IMG/VR virus record: IMGVR_UViG_3300027833_000025
Coordinates: 33,819-97,818 of that record
Length of the DNA: 64,000 nt
Direction: 5' to 3' (one strand)
Source: a virus
Both the position numbers and the translations under genes were made by a program. Below, in pieces: positions 57,077 through 64,000 of the stretch (positions are counted from its first letter, which is position 1; each line of letters starts with the position of its first letter). The notes under the pieces were generated by a model. That model was not told the origin of the DNA. It saw only the letters and a program-made list of their open reading frames with translations, and ran no database searches.

Positions 57077-57406
57077 TTACGCTCGACTGATTGTGGAAAA
57101 CATTTCCAAATCTGCTTTACACTTACTCCAATGACCAGTAAATCCATTCTTTTTGCTATGCTTGATAAAGCCTAGACCATTGAATTCTTTGTTCCATAAT
57201 ATGGTTGAACCCATCGCTTCTGCGCCTTCTTCTTTTTCAATCTGATGTACTAATAGATCAACCTTGCGATGAATGTCACTCATACCTTTACCTTTGATAT
57301 TGGCAACAAGCACATCGTAGTCAGGAGTAGAATAGTTAAACATAACATTGTCTGGTGTAGTAGGAGTTTCAAACTTATTAACTGTAATACGAACAATTGC
57401 TTTCAT
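57077..57406 (-). CDS. early hypothetical protein
   Basis: First ORF after promoter 57467. Confidence 0.7.
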   Translation of the reverse strand: MKAIVRITVNKFETPTTPDNVMFNYSTPDYDVLVANIKGKGMSDIHRKVDLLVHQIEKEEGAEAMGSTILWNKEFNGLGFIKHSKKNGFTGHWSKCKADLEMFSTISRA

Positions 57407-57418
57407 AATCTTTCTCGC

Positions 57419-57467
57419 TTTAATTAACTTATACAATAATTATAACACAAGGCGCCTTGGTTGTCAA
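57419..57467 (-). promoter_or_regulatory. sigma70-type early promoter cassette
   Basis: TTGACA-17-TATAAT on -, spacer CAAGGCGCCTTG. Confidence 0.9.
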
Positions 57468-57490
57468 GGCTTTATAGGGAATTATTTATA

Positions 57491-57736
57491 TTAAGATGTT
57501 AACATTTCAAAACGTGCTTCTGATTCTGCATCTTTGCGAATCTCTGCAATTGTAAGATTTACAATTTCATCAAAGTCACTGTAGAACCTTTCAACACTTG
57601 CATACATATGAAAACATTCTTGAACTGCATGTAGTTCCACCAAATTCCAATCAGTGTCCCCGTCTTTGTTCCAGTTTTCTAGACTGAACGCTGCGTTGCG
57701 TATTGAGTTGGTTAATCTGGTGTAAATCATTGACAT
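57491..57736 (-). CDS. early hypothetical protein
   Basis: First ORF after promoter 57800; ENW..DG..DWN.VE. Confidence 0.7.
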   Translation of the reverse strand: MSMIYTRLTNSIRNAAFSLENWNKDGDTDWNLVELHAVQECFHMYASVERFYSDFDEIVNLTIAEIRKDAESEARFEMLTS

Positions 57737-57752
57737 ATTGTTTTCTCTCTGC

Positions 57753-57800
57753 TTTATTAACTTATGTAACTATTATAACGCAATGAGCCTTACTTGTCAA
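57753..57800 (-). promoter_or_regulatory. sigma70-type early promoter cassette
   Basis: TTGACA-17-TATAAT on -, spacer AAGGCTCATT. Confidence 0.85.
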
Positions 57801-57824
57801 GTCTTTTTGTAAAATAAATGCAAT

Positions 57825-57852
57825 AAAAAAGACGCATTTAGCGTCTTTTTTT
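57825..57852. terminator. bidirectional intrinsic terminator
   Basis: AAAAAAGACGC-ATTTA-GCGTCTTTTTTT. Confidence 0.85.
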
Positions 57853-57864
57853 ACATAAGTTGTA

Positions 57865-58932
57865 TTATGTCTTCTTGCGATATACTCTCTTTTTCTTTGC
57901 TGGTGCTGCTGCTTCAATTAGTTCTGCTTCATCTAACACCTTATTGAATTCACGTAGACGCTTAATCACTGATTGAAAGTCAACAATCGTTGTCCATCTA
58001 TCAATGAAGAATGTCATTGAACCCTCTACTCTACTAAATGCGTTAAGTACTTGGAATAGAACACCTAATGTTATTAACTGTTCAAAGTAACTTGGTGCTA
58101 ATACAATGATTGCTATGTTTCCTGCTGCTAATCCGAATGCAGTTGACCATACACCAAACCCCATATACCAGTTGAACAAACGATAATAGTTTTTCTTTAC
58201 TGCTGCAAACATTGGAAATAAATCATCAGTTACACGTTGAGTCAAATCATCTTCTGAATGAACTAATTTCTTTCTGAATTTTGCTTCTACCACTTGGTTA
58301 TTGTATTCTAGTCCAGGCAATTTCATACCTAGTATGAATGAGATCAATGTACCACCGATAGATACGCCTAGTGCTACCCATACTAAGAATCCAGGGATGA
58401 TATGACCATTCCAAACTGGTAGTCCTTCTGAAAGTTCCCATAAGATCGGCAAGAATGCAAATAATACAAGTATTGCACTAAAGAAGCCAGTGAATAGACT
58501 TTGTAATGTTTTACCGAATACCATTAAATCTTCTTGAATACGCTGTGACCCACCTTCTATTTTAGCAGTGGATTTCTCCCATCGTTTAAGATAGTGATGT
58601 GTATTCGCTTCGCGCCAACGGAATGTATACCTCTGTGTCTGCCATATAACGTATGTTGCCATTGGTGTATATAGGATTATAATTTCCAAGAATGATGGTA
58701 CAGTATCTTCTTTTATTGTTAACAACTCGGTAAATCTGATCACATCAAATCCCCATAATAAGTCCCAAAATCTTTCTTCTTGTAGTGTTTGAATTGCGTC
58801 ATAGAACTCTTTATTCCATAAGTTGTATGCTACTAATATTTGTACATTGTACCAAGTAATAACTAACAAGAATGCAAGCATTACCCATGCATATACGGCA
58901 CTTTCTTTCGTTCCAAAGAAACTTTTTAACAT
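57865..58932 (-). CDS. SbmA/BacA-family peptide transporter
   Basis: M.KSFF N-terminus, N.W...FYD.IQ, FRWR, IEG.SQRIQED, LE.NNQ.VEA.FRK.LV..ED, KRLR.F. Confidence 0.88.
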   Translation of the reverse strand: MLKSFFGTKESAVYAWVMLAFLLVITWYNVQILVAYNLWNKEFYDAIQTLQEERFWDLLWGFDVIRFTELLTIKEDTVPSFLEIIILYTPMATYVIWQTQRYTFRWREANTHHYLKRWEKSTAKIEGGSQRIQEDLMVFGKTLQSLFTGFFSAILVLFAFLPILWELSEGLPVWNGHIIPGFLVWVALGVSIGGTLISFILGMKLPGLEYNNQVVEAKFRKKLVHSEDDLTQRVTDDLFPMFAAVKKNYYRLFNWYMGFGVWSTAFGLAAGNIAIIVLAPSYFEQLITLGVLFQVLNAFSRVEGSMTFFIDRWTTIVDFQSVIKRLREFNKVLDEAELIEAAAPAKKKRVYRKKT

Positions 58933-58943
58933 TTAATATTCTC

Positions 58944-59831
58944 CTATTTTAACGCTGCTTCTGCATTCGATGCTGAATAACTCCAAAAGTCTTTGTAATT
59001 AGTTGCAATTGTAACTAATGCTGGTTTTGCAGCAAAATCCCTTGGATGTAACCAATACATTGATGCAGATGGAATTTGTATGAATAATAATCTTAATGAC
59101 TCATTAACTCCTAGTCTGTCTAACAATTTTAATAATGCTGCCGCAGTACGATATGCAGATGCTTCTAGTGCTGTTGGATTCATTTTACCAATCGATTCTA
59201 ATGGTGTGCGTGGACCATGTATGCCAAAATACACATCACCTATTAAGTATCGTTTATCACCTGCTAGAAATAAAAGACCGCATGCAGATGCACACATTGA
59301 CTTGTCTTTCATACTATCTTTTGTATTTTCACTATTTAAGTTCACAGTACCAGGCGTGTATATTACTTTGCCATTTTCATTAAATACTTCTGTTGCACGC
59401 ACTACCGTAATCACATCACGCAATTTAAAATGCGCTGCAAGGCATGAACCTTCTGATAGACTGCCACCTGGACTTTCTAAAATAACAGTAAATGATGATG
59501 GTAAGTCTGGAACAATACGTTCACAATCTCCTTCTAGCACAGATCCTACCAAAGTATATAAGTTCTGATCTATTTTAGTAAAAACAAGTCCAGTTTCTTT
59601 ATTGGCTTCTTCTTCTTCTGTTTTATCTTTATTTGCTTCGATATAAAGTATCATGTAATCATTATACCAAGTATGTATTTGGTTAGCAGAGAATAATAAT
59701 ATGATTATCGTCATGATTACCAATGGCGCACTGTGTGATATTTTATTGTATAATCTAATTATTAATTTAATCAATGACCAACTGATAATATACTGTTTAA
59801 TATATTCATAAACATTTTTAATTTTATTCAT
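58944..59831 (-). CDS. membrane-anchored ClpP/crotonase-fold protein (COG3904-like)
   Basis: TM, then LESPGG, CASAC..F.AG..R, FGIH. Confidence 0.7.
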   Translation of the reverse strand: MNKIKNVYEYIKQYIISWSLIKLIIRLYNKISHSAPLVIMTIIILLFSANQIHTWYNDYMILYIEANKDKTEEEEANKETGLVFTKIDQNLYTLVGSVLEGDCERIVPDLPSSFTVILESPGGSLSEGSCLAAHFKLRDVITVVRATEVFNENGKVIYTPGTVNLNSENTKDSMKDKSMCASACGLLFLAGDKRYLIGDVYFGIHGPRTPLESIGKMNPTALEASAYRTAAALLKLLDRLGVNESLRLLFIQIPSASMYWLHPRDFAAKPALVTIATNYKDFWSYSASNAEAALK

Positions 59832-60075
59832 CGTTTTTCTTCTCTAGATTTTTTTCTGTGATCTCAATATATTTTTTCATAGTCACACAATCTGTACGTG
59901 TGATTAACCTATATTCCATATCAAGCGTAGACTCGCTATTCATTCTACCTTTATACACTTCACAAATTTCCATTGTTGGAAATGGATATGATTTCATTAC
60001 TCCATTACCCAATTGTATTCCAAATAATGATACTACATAATGTGCTACTAATAATACTGCCTGTGGTGCATCCAT
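59824..60075 (-). CDS. small exported protein
   Basis: Hydrophobic N-terminus, F.TME.C...C; GGAG RBS. Confidence 0.6.
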   Translation of the reverse strand: MDAPQAVLLVAHYVVSLFGIQLGNGVMKSYPFPTMEICEVYKGRMNSESTLDMEYRLITRTDCVTMKKYIEITEKNLEKKNDE

Positions 60076-60092
60076 TATAGACTTACTCCTTG

Positions 60093-60602
60093 TTAATTTA
60101 TTACTATATTACGCGGTTTTGGTACTTCTTTCAGTATGCTTTGTCCATTATCATCTATATTAGACATTATGAATGACATTGCTTCACCGTTTAATCCTTT
60201 CTTGAACTTTCCTTGTGGTTGAGATTTACCATCAGCACCAGTTAATTCTTTTACCTTCTGTAAATTTTCTTTACTCCAATCTATTTTATATAATTTGGGA
60301 CCAACGTACTTAGTTGGTTCTGACAATAGTAAGTATATCCAAGGTTTTTCATCGTATGCATATAATAATTGTACCTCTTTATTATATGGTAAACCATATA
60401 TTGGCATTCCTTGCAATGCAGTTATCGCTTGCCAACTATAGAGTGACATTAGTAACGCTGTTGGAATAATAATAAATGTGTATAACCTATTTGCTTTGCT
60501 CTGTATTAGTGCATACACGCATACTACTACTAGTAAAAACAAACCAATAACATACAACACGATCATGATATCTACATTCATTACATTTAATACACTATAC
60601 AT
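60093..60602 (-). CDS. membrane protein (2 TM + soluble domain)
   Basis: Two TM helices, G.P, WIYL...P..Y. Confidence 0.7.
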   Translation of the reverse strand: MYSVLNVMNVDIMIVLYVIGLFLLVVVCVYALIQSKANRLYTFIIIPTALLMSLYSWQAITALQGMPIYGLPYNKEVQLLYAYDEKPWIYLLLSEPTKYVGPKLYKIDWSKENLQKVKELTGADGKSQPQGKFKKGLNGEAMSFIMSNIDDNGQSILKEVPKPRNIVIN

Positions 60603-60616
60603 AATACTTATCCTCT

Positions 60617-61273
60617 TTATCTTGCCCCGCCAGGCGAAGGTCTTGTCTCTCTAGGTGAAGGTATTGTAACAGAAGATCCAGAATTAACACGTGGTATTAC
60701 CATATCACTGATAAAAATATCTGATATATTACCTTCATTATCCACTGTAAACGCTGGCATTTTGAATATCTCACCTTTCTTGGTTGCATACTCTTGTATG
60801 TGAATTACTTCTTTATATGGATTAATGTCCACTAATGAAACTGTGAACAATGTTGGTTTGTCTGTGGGATACTTTCCGTATATATGTACATTAATAAAAT
60901 AGTCACCGGGCATTATACCACGCATATTAACTACTTCTCTATTAATTCTTATTATTTTTGGTACACCAGCAACCATGATTGTATCAGATGTGGATCCTAA
61001 ATCATCTCTATCAAGATGCATGAATCCGCTAGTTTTATTTTGAAAACTCAATGGAAATTCCATACCTGGACCCATCACCCATATATCAATATCATCAGAA
61101 ACCTGACCATCCCATTCAAGGATTATCATTATTTCTGCATACGCAGGTATATCTCCCTGTTTTGTAATAGGATTTATTAGTACTAGCACTAGAATGAATA
61201 ACGTTACAAAGCCTAATAAGGCGTTAAATAATATGTCATTAAATGCGAGATTAGAACTATATCTCTCTTTCAT
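60617..61273 (-). CDS. ExbD/MotB-like single-TM protein with YfaP/DUF2135-like exported domain
   Basis: AFNDILFN TM with Asp; W...DDIDIWV..P, LDRDDLG, PGDY.INVH.Y. Confidence 0.65.
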   Translation of the reverse strand: MKERYSSNLAFNDILFNALLGFVTLFILVLVLINPITKQGDIPAYAEIMIILEWDGQVSDDIDIWVMGPGMEFPLSFQNKTSGFMHLDRDDLGSTSDTIMVAGVPKIIRINREVVNMRGIMPGDYFINVHIYGKYPTDKPTLFTVSLVDINPYKEVIHIQEYATKKGEIFKMPAFTVDNEGNISDIFISDMVIPRVNSGSSVTIPSPRETRPSPGGAR

Positions 61274-61716
61274 TTATTATTATTATCCTGTAATATAAGT
61301 TGAGATCGTAATGAGACAGACGCTATCAGACCAACTAATGTAGTCAACAATGCTGTTGCCATACCATTCGCTAATTGTCCGATTACATCTTTCATTGATT
61401 GAATATTAGATGGGTCTAATGAACCTAAGTCACTACCATCTAACATAAGAATAAATCCAAGAACTGTACCCATCATACCAATAGACATACAGGTTTCTGC
61501 TATGAACCAATATTTTTCATCAGATGTGGTAGAACGGGTATAAGACCTATGCCCAATTTTAACACTTGTTAAAAACCATAGTCCTAACAATGCAAACGAA
61601 ATATATGTTTGATCATTTTGAAATACATATATATGTAAATCATAATAGTATGCTGTCCCAAGTGCAAGCAGTTGAATTACGAAAATTAACCACCAAAATA
61701 AAAAATCCTTTGTCAC
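61270..61716 (-). CDS. minimal MotA/TolQ/ExbB proton-channel family protein
   Basis: IGMMGTVLGF and GMATALLTTLVGL signatures; late box 61737-61747; GTG start with GGAG RBS. Confidence 0.85.
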   Translation of the reverse strand: MTKDFLFWWLIFVIQLLALGTAYYYDLHIYVFQNDQTYISFALLGLWFLTSVKIGHRSYTRSTTSDEKYWFIAETCMSIGMMGTVLGFILMLDGSDLGSLDPSNIQSMKDVIGQLANGMATALLTTLVGLIASVSLRSQLILQDNNNK

Positions 61717-61779
61717 TATAATATTCTCCCTGTTAATACTATTTATGTCAAAACAAAAAAAGACTCCTCAGGAGTCTCA

Positions 61780-62271
61780 TTATGCATTTGCAATTCTAAA
61801 CATTAGTGCGTCTTTTCCATCTTCAAAGTAAACCTTACATGAATTGAATTTTGCGTTGTCTGGATTGATATATCGTTGTCCCACATAATATCTACCTATA
61901 ACGTTATCTTCACACCAATCAGAGTATGAAGTGTATTCTTCATGTATGTTTCTTTCTGGTAATACGACTGTACTCCATCCATCAGGTATGTTAGTCTTAA
62001 AAGTTCTACGCATCCAGTTCGGGATAGATGGTGGGTGCGGCTGTAACCAAGTTGGAAATTTACTGTAGATATCGTATAACATTCTATATGATTTATAATG
62101 AAACGGAAATATCATAAGTAAAACTGCTATCACATACATGAAAACCGCAATCCAGTAAACTATTTCGCCTAAATTATCACTAACCATCAACGCAATCAAC
62201 TGAATGCCCATTGCGAAAGAATATAATGTATTCCTAATAAAGAAAGATTTAACTACATTTACATACTTCAT
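61780..62271 (-). CDS. membrane protein fused to WC...FxxxxDAxxF domain
   Basis: Two TM; DWCEDN...VYFEDGKDALMFRI. Confidence 0.65.
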   Translation of the reverse strand: MKYVNVVKSFFIRNTLYSFAMGIQLIALMVSDNLGEIVYWIAVFMYVIAVLLMIFPFHYKSYRMLYDIYSKFPTWLQPHPPSIPNWMRRTFKTNIPDGWSTVVLPERNIHEEYTSYSDWCEDNVIGRYYVGQRYINPDNAKFNSCKVYFEDGKDALMFRIANA

Positions 62272-63194
62272 TATAATGCGCGTGCTAGTTCAATCATTGT
62301 TGCAGATAAATTAATCTCTACATCAGCCACTTGAGTATGCTTTACTAAACCATTACGGATAGCAAGCACACACGCATCATATTGTTCATCAGTTGATGTA
62401 TACAAATCAAGATTACGATATAGCCAAGTATAAATTTCATTATATTCGTCTGCACGCGCTTTAGACACAATCAGTTGTCGTGCTTGTTTGAGGTTGCCCG
62501 CTTTGAATAGATCAATCATTTCCAAACGCCATACTGCACTAGCACCACTATCATCAACAGGCTTCTGTAATAGATTGTCTGCAATACTCATTTGTACCGT
62601 ATTAATCGTCTTACGTAAATCGGGATAATTCGCACGAACCATTGCATCTAATGTATCAATATCAAATTCAACATTATTGTCTGCTAAAATTTCTGCAACA
62701 CGCACTGTGAAATCTGTTTGATCTAGTTTCTCAATATGGAAACCTTGACAACGACTATGCAATGCTGGGATAATCATGTTAGGATAGTTGCATGTTAAGA
62801 TAAATCGAACACTAGCATGGTACTGTTCCATTACACCACGCAATGCTGCTTGACCTTCTGGTGAAATATGATCAGCCTCATCTAACAAAATGACCTTGAA
62901 ATCACCCCAAGGCATTGTTTCACTAAATGCGGTGATCTTCTTACGAATCATTTCCACACCATTATCACGACTAGCGTTAATGTATAGTACGTCAGCATCT
63001 TCAATAGAAAGTTCGTTGATAAGAACTTTTGCTATTGTCGTCTTACCAGTTCCAGGACTACCACTGAACAATAAGTGTGGAATACCACCATCACTGATCC
63101 AGTTCTGTACTTGCTTACGTTGAGTCTCGTCCTTGAATACGTAGTCTTTTACTGTTGTTGGTCTATAAGTTTCGACCCATAAATCCTTAGCCAT
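62271..63194 (-). CDS. sliding clamp loader ATPase subunit (RFC/gp44-like)
   Basis: LWVETYRP, GSPGTGKT, INAS, LDEAD, SRC. Confidence 0.93.
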   Translation of the reverse strand: MAKDLWVETYRPTTVKDYVFKDETQRKQVQNWISDGGIPHLLFSGSPGTGKTTIAKVLINELSIEDADVLYINASRDNGVEMIRKKITAFSETMPWGDFKVILLDEADHISPEGQAALRGVMEQYHASVRFILTCNYPNMIIPALHSRCQGFHIEKLDQTDFTVRVAEILADNNVEFDIDTLDAMVRANYPDLRKTINTVQMSIADNLLQKPVDDSGASAVWRLEMIDLFKAGNLKQARQLIVSKARADEYNEIYTWLYRNLDLYTSTDEQYDACVLAIRNGLVKHTQVADVEINLSATMIELARAL

Positions 63195-63240
63195 ATGCTG
63201 TTCCTAATTTAAGTTGTTAATAAGATATTATACATTACTT

Positions 63241-63588
63241 CTACTTCTTTGTCAAGGAATGCATCATTAAAATTTTACCTAGTTCGTCAACTAATTCAGT
63301 ACCATCTGGTATTACATATAAGTCTATAATTTCATTTTTGAATTGCTGATTAGCCTGAGTAGTACTTGTATGGCATTCAACTACCCTACCACCTTTTGCA
63401 GAATATATACGAATATTGTATGATGGTTCTGTATCAGGTGTGAGTTTATGACTAGAATATTTATTTAAACCAGTGTAGCGTGTGCCTTTGACAGATGAGC
63501 CTGATTCGTTAAAGTCACGATCTTCCCAATATTCATCAGTACGCCTCAAAAAGAAGTGACCAATCATGCTATATATTTTGTTTAACAT
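63241..63588 (-). CDS. hypothetical protein
   Basis: IYSAKGG.VVE...LYVI....LGKIL. Confidence 0.7.
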   Translation of the reverse strand: MLNKIYSMIGHFFLRRTDEYWEDRDFNESGSSVKGTRYTGLNKYSSHKLTPDTEPSYNIRIYSAKGGRVVECHTSTTQANQQFKNEIIDLYVIPDGTELVDELGKILMMHSLTKK

Positions 63589-63599
63589 TCTGATACCTT

Positions 63600-64000
63600 T
63601 TAATATGTTTTGATCACTTTATCGGCAATACCATGCTTTACTGCTTGATCTGGTGTTAACCAATGATCTGTCTTAGGTGCTAATGTAAACTCACGGATAT
63701 ATTTTTCAGACTTACCAGTGCATTTCTTGTAATGCTCTAGCAGTTTTTTATTTGTCCAATTCATGTGCTTGTGACTGTCTATCATGTCGTGATACTGACC
63801 TTGTGTACCACCACTGAATTCGTGTGACATCACTGCGGTATTATGTGTTAGATAACGATGTCCTTTAACACCAGACATCATCAGCATTACACCACAACTT
63901 GCGATAGATCCCATGCCGTATGTATACACTGGAATACGTGATTGCTTCACAACATCAATTAGATGCATACAAGAATCCACATAACCGCCAGGCGAATTAA
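63600..64000 (-). CDS. clpP: ClpP protease, 5' truncated by window edge
   Basis: Frame open to the edge: NSPGG, G.IASCG (catalytic Ser), M.HE, WL...AV..G..D. Confidence 0.88.
   Translation of the reverse strand, partial: NSPGGYVDSCMHLIDVVKQSRIPVYTYGMGSIASCGVMLMMSGVKGHRYLTHNTAVMSHEFSGGTQGQYHDMIDSHKHMNWTNKKLLEHYKKCTGKSEKYIREFTLAPKTDHWLTPDQAVKHGIADKVIKTY

Noticed and set aside
60617-61716. Zorya (ZorA/ZorB) or flagellar stator
   Set aside because: No long ZorA tail, no OmpA-like peptidoglycan-binding domain, no ZorC/D/E or flagellar genes
431-63123. Numerous antisense or alternative-frame ORFs in the track (e.g. 4396-4764, 19087-19548, 38898-39371, 55569-56009, 59080-59568)
   Set aside because: They lie opposite well-supported genes, lack RBS or motifs, and are expected shadows of codon bias
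62271-63194. Archaeal or eukaryotic-virus origin suggested by RFC, PolB and histone-like genes
   Set aside because: Sigma70 promoters, SD sequences, spanins and peptidoglycan hydrolases indicate a phage of a Gram-negative bacterium
1-64000. Stop-codon reassignment
   Set aside because: Known genes (polB, clpA, prs, phoH) are full length in the standard code, and TAA, TAG and TGA all end genes

Overview
A 64 kb segment of a large, AT-rich lytic dsDNA bacteriophage (distantly T4-related, jumbo-myovirus-like gene content), probably infecting an aquatic proteobacterium; the host is an inference. It uses the standard genetic code. Genes are mostly on + up to 43462 and mostly on - from 43651. Core functions: family-B DNA polymerase, RFC/gp44-type clamp loader, PhoH, MoxR-type AAA+ ATPase, DNA methyltransferase, tRNA-Arg(UCU), IF-1, spanins, M15 endolysin, SleB-type hydrolase and fibre/decoration proteins. 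Proteostasis genes: DnaJ, ClpA, ClpP, PepA. Auxiliary metabolic genes: Prs, acyl-CoA dehydrogenase, lipase, Fpr, IscU and a Mesh1-like HD hydrolase. Two promoter classes are visible: repeated sigma70 TTGACA-N17-TATAAT cassettes, many with an AAGG-NN-CCTT palindrome in the spacer, and T4-late-like TAAATA boxes. Three candidate systems stand out. (1) A late locus (19.1-26.4 kb) of proteins that share T4-like capsid-targeting N-termini and appear to be polyproteins: nucleotidyltransferase, ADP-ribosyltransferase-like, GNAT and PD-(D/E)xK modules bounded by (I/L/V)xE prohead-protease-type sites. (2) A biosynthetic-like cluster (36-43.5 kb) built around a ring-hydroxylating oxygenase alpha subunit lacking its Rieske cluster, with PLP, PP-loop and three radical SAM enzymes. 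(3) A late membrane operon (57.9-61.7 kb) with a minimal MotA/ExbB-ExbD-like pair, a ClpP-fold exported protein and an SbmA/BacA transporter. All family calls are by eye from motifs; no database search was run.
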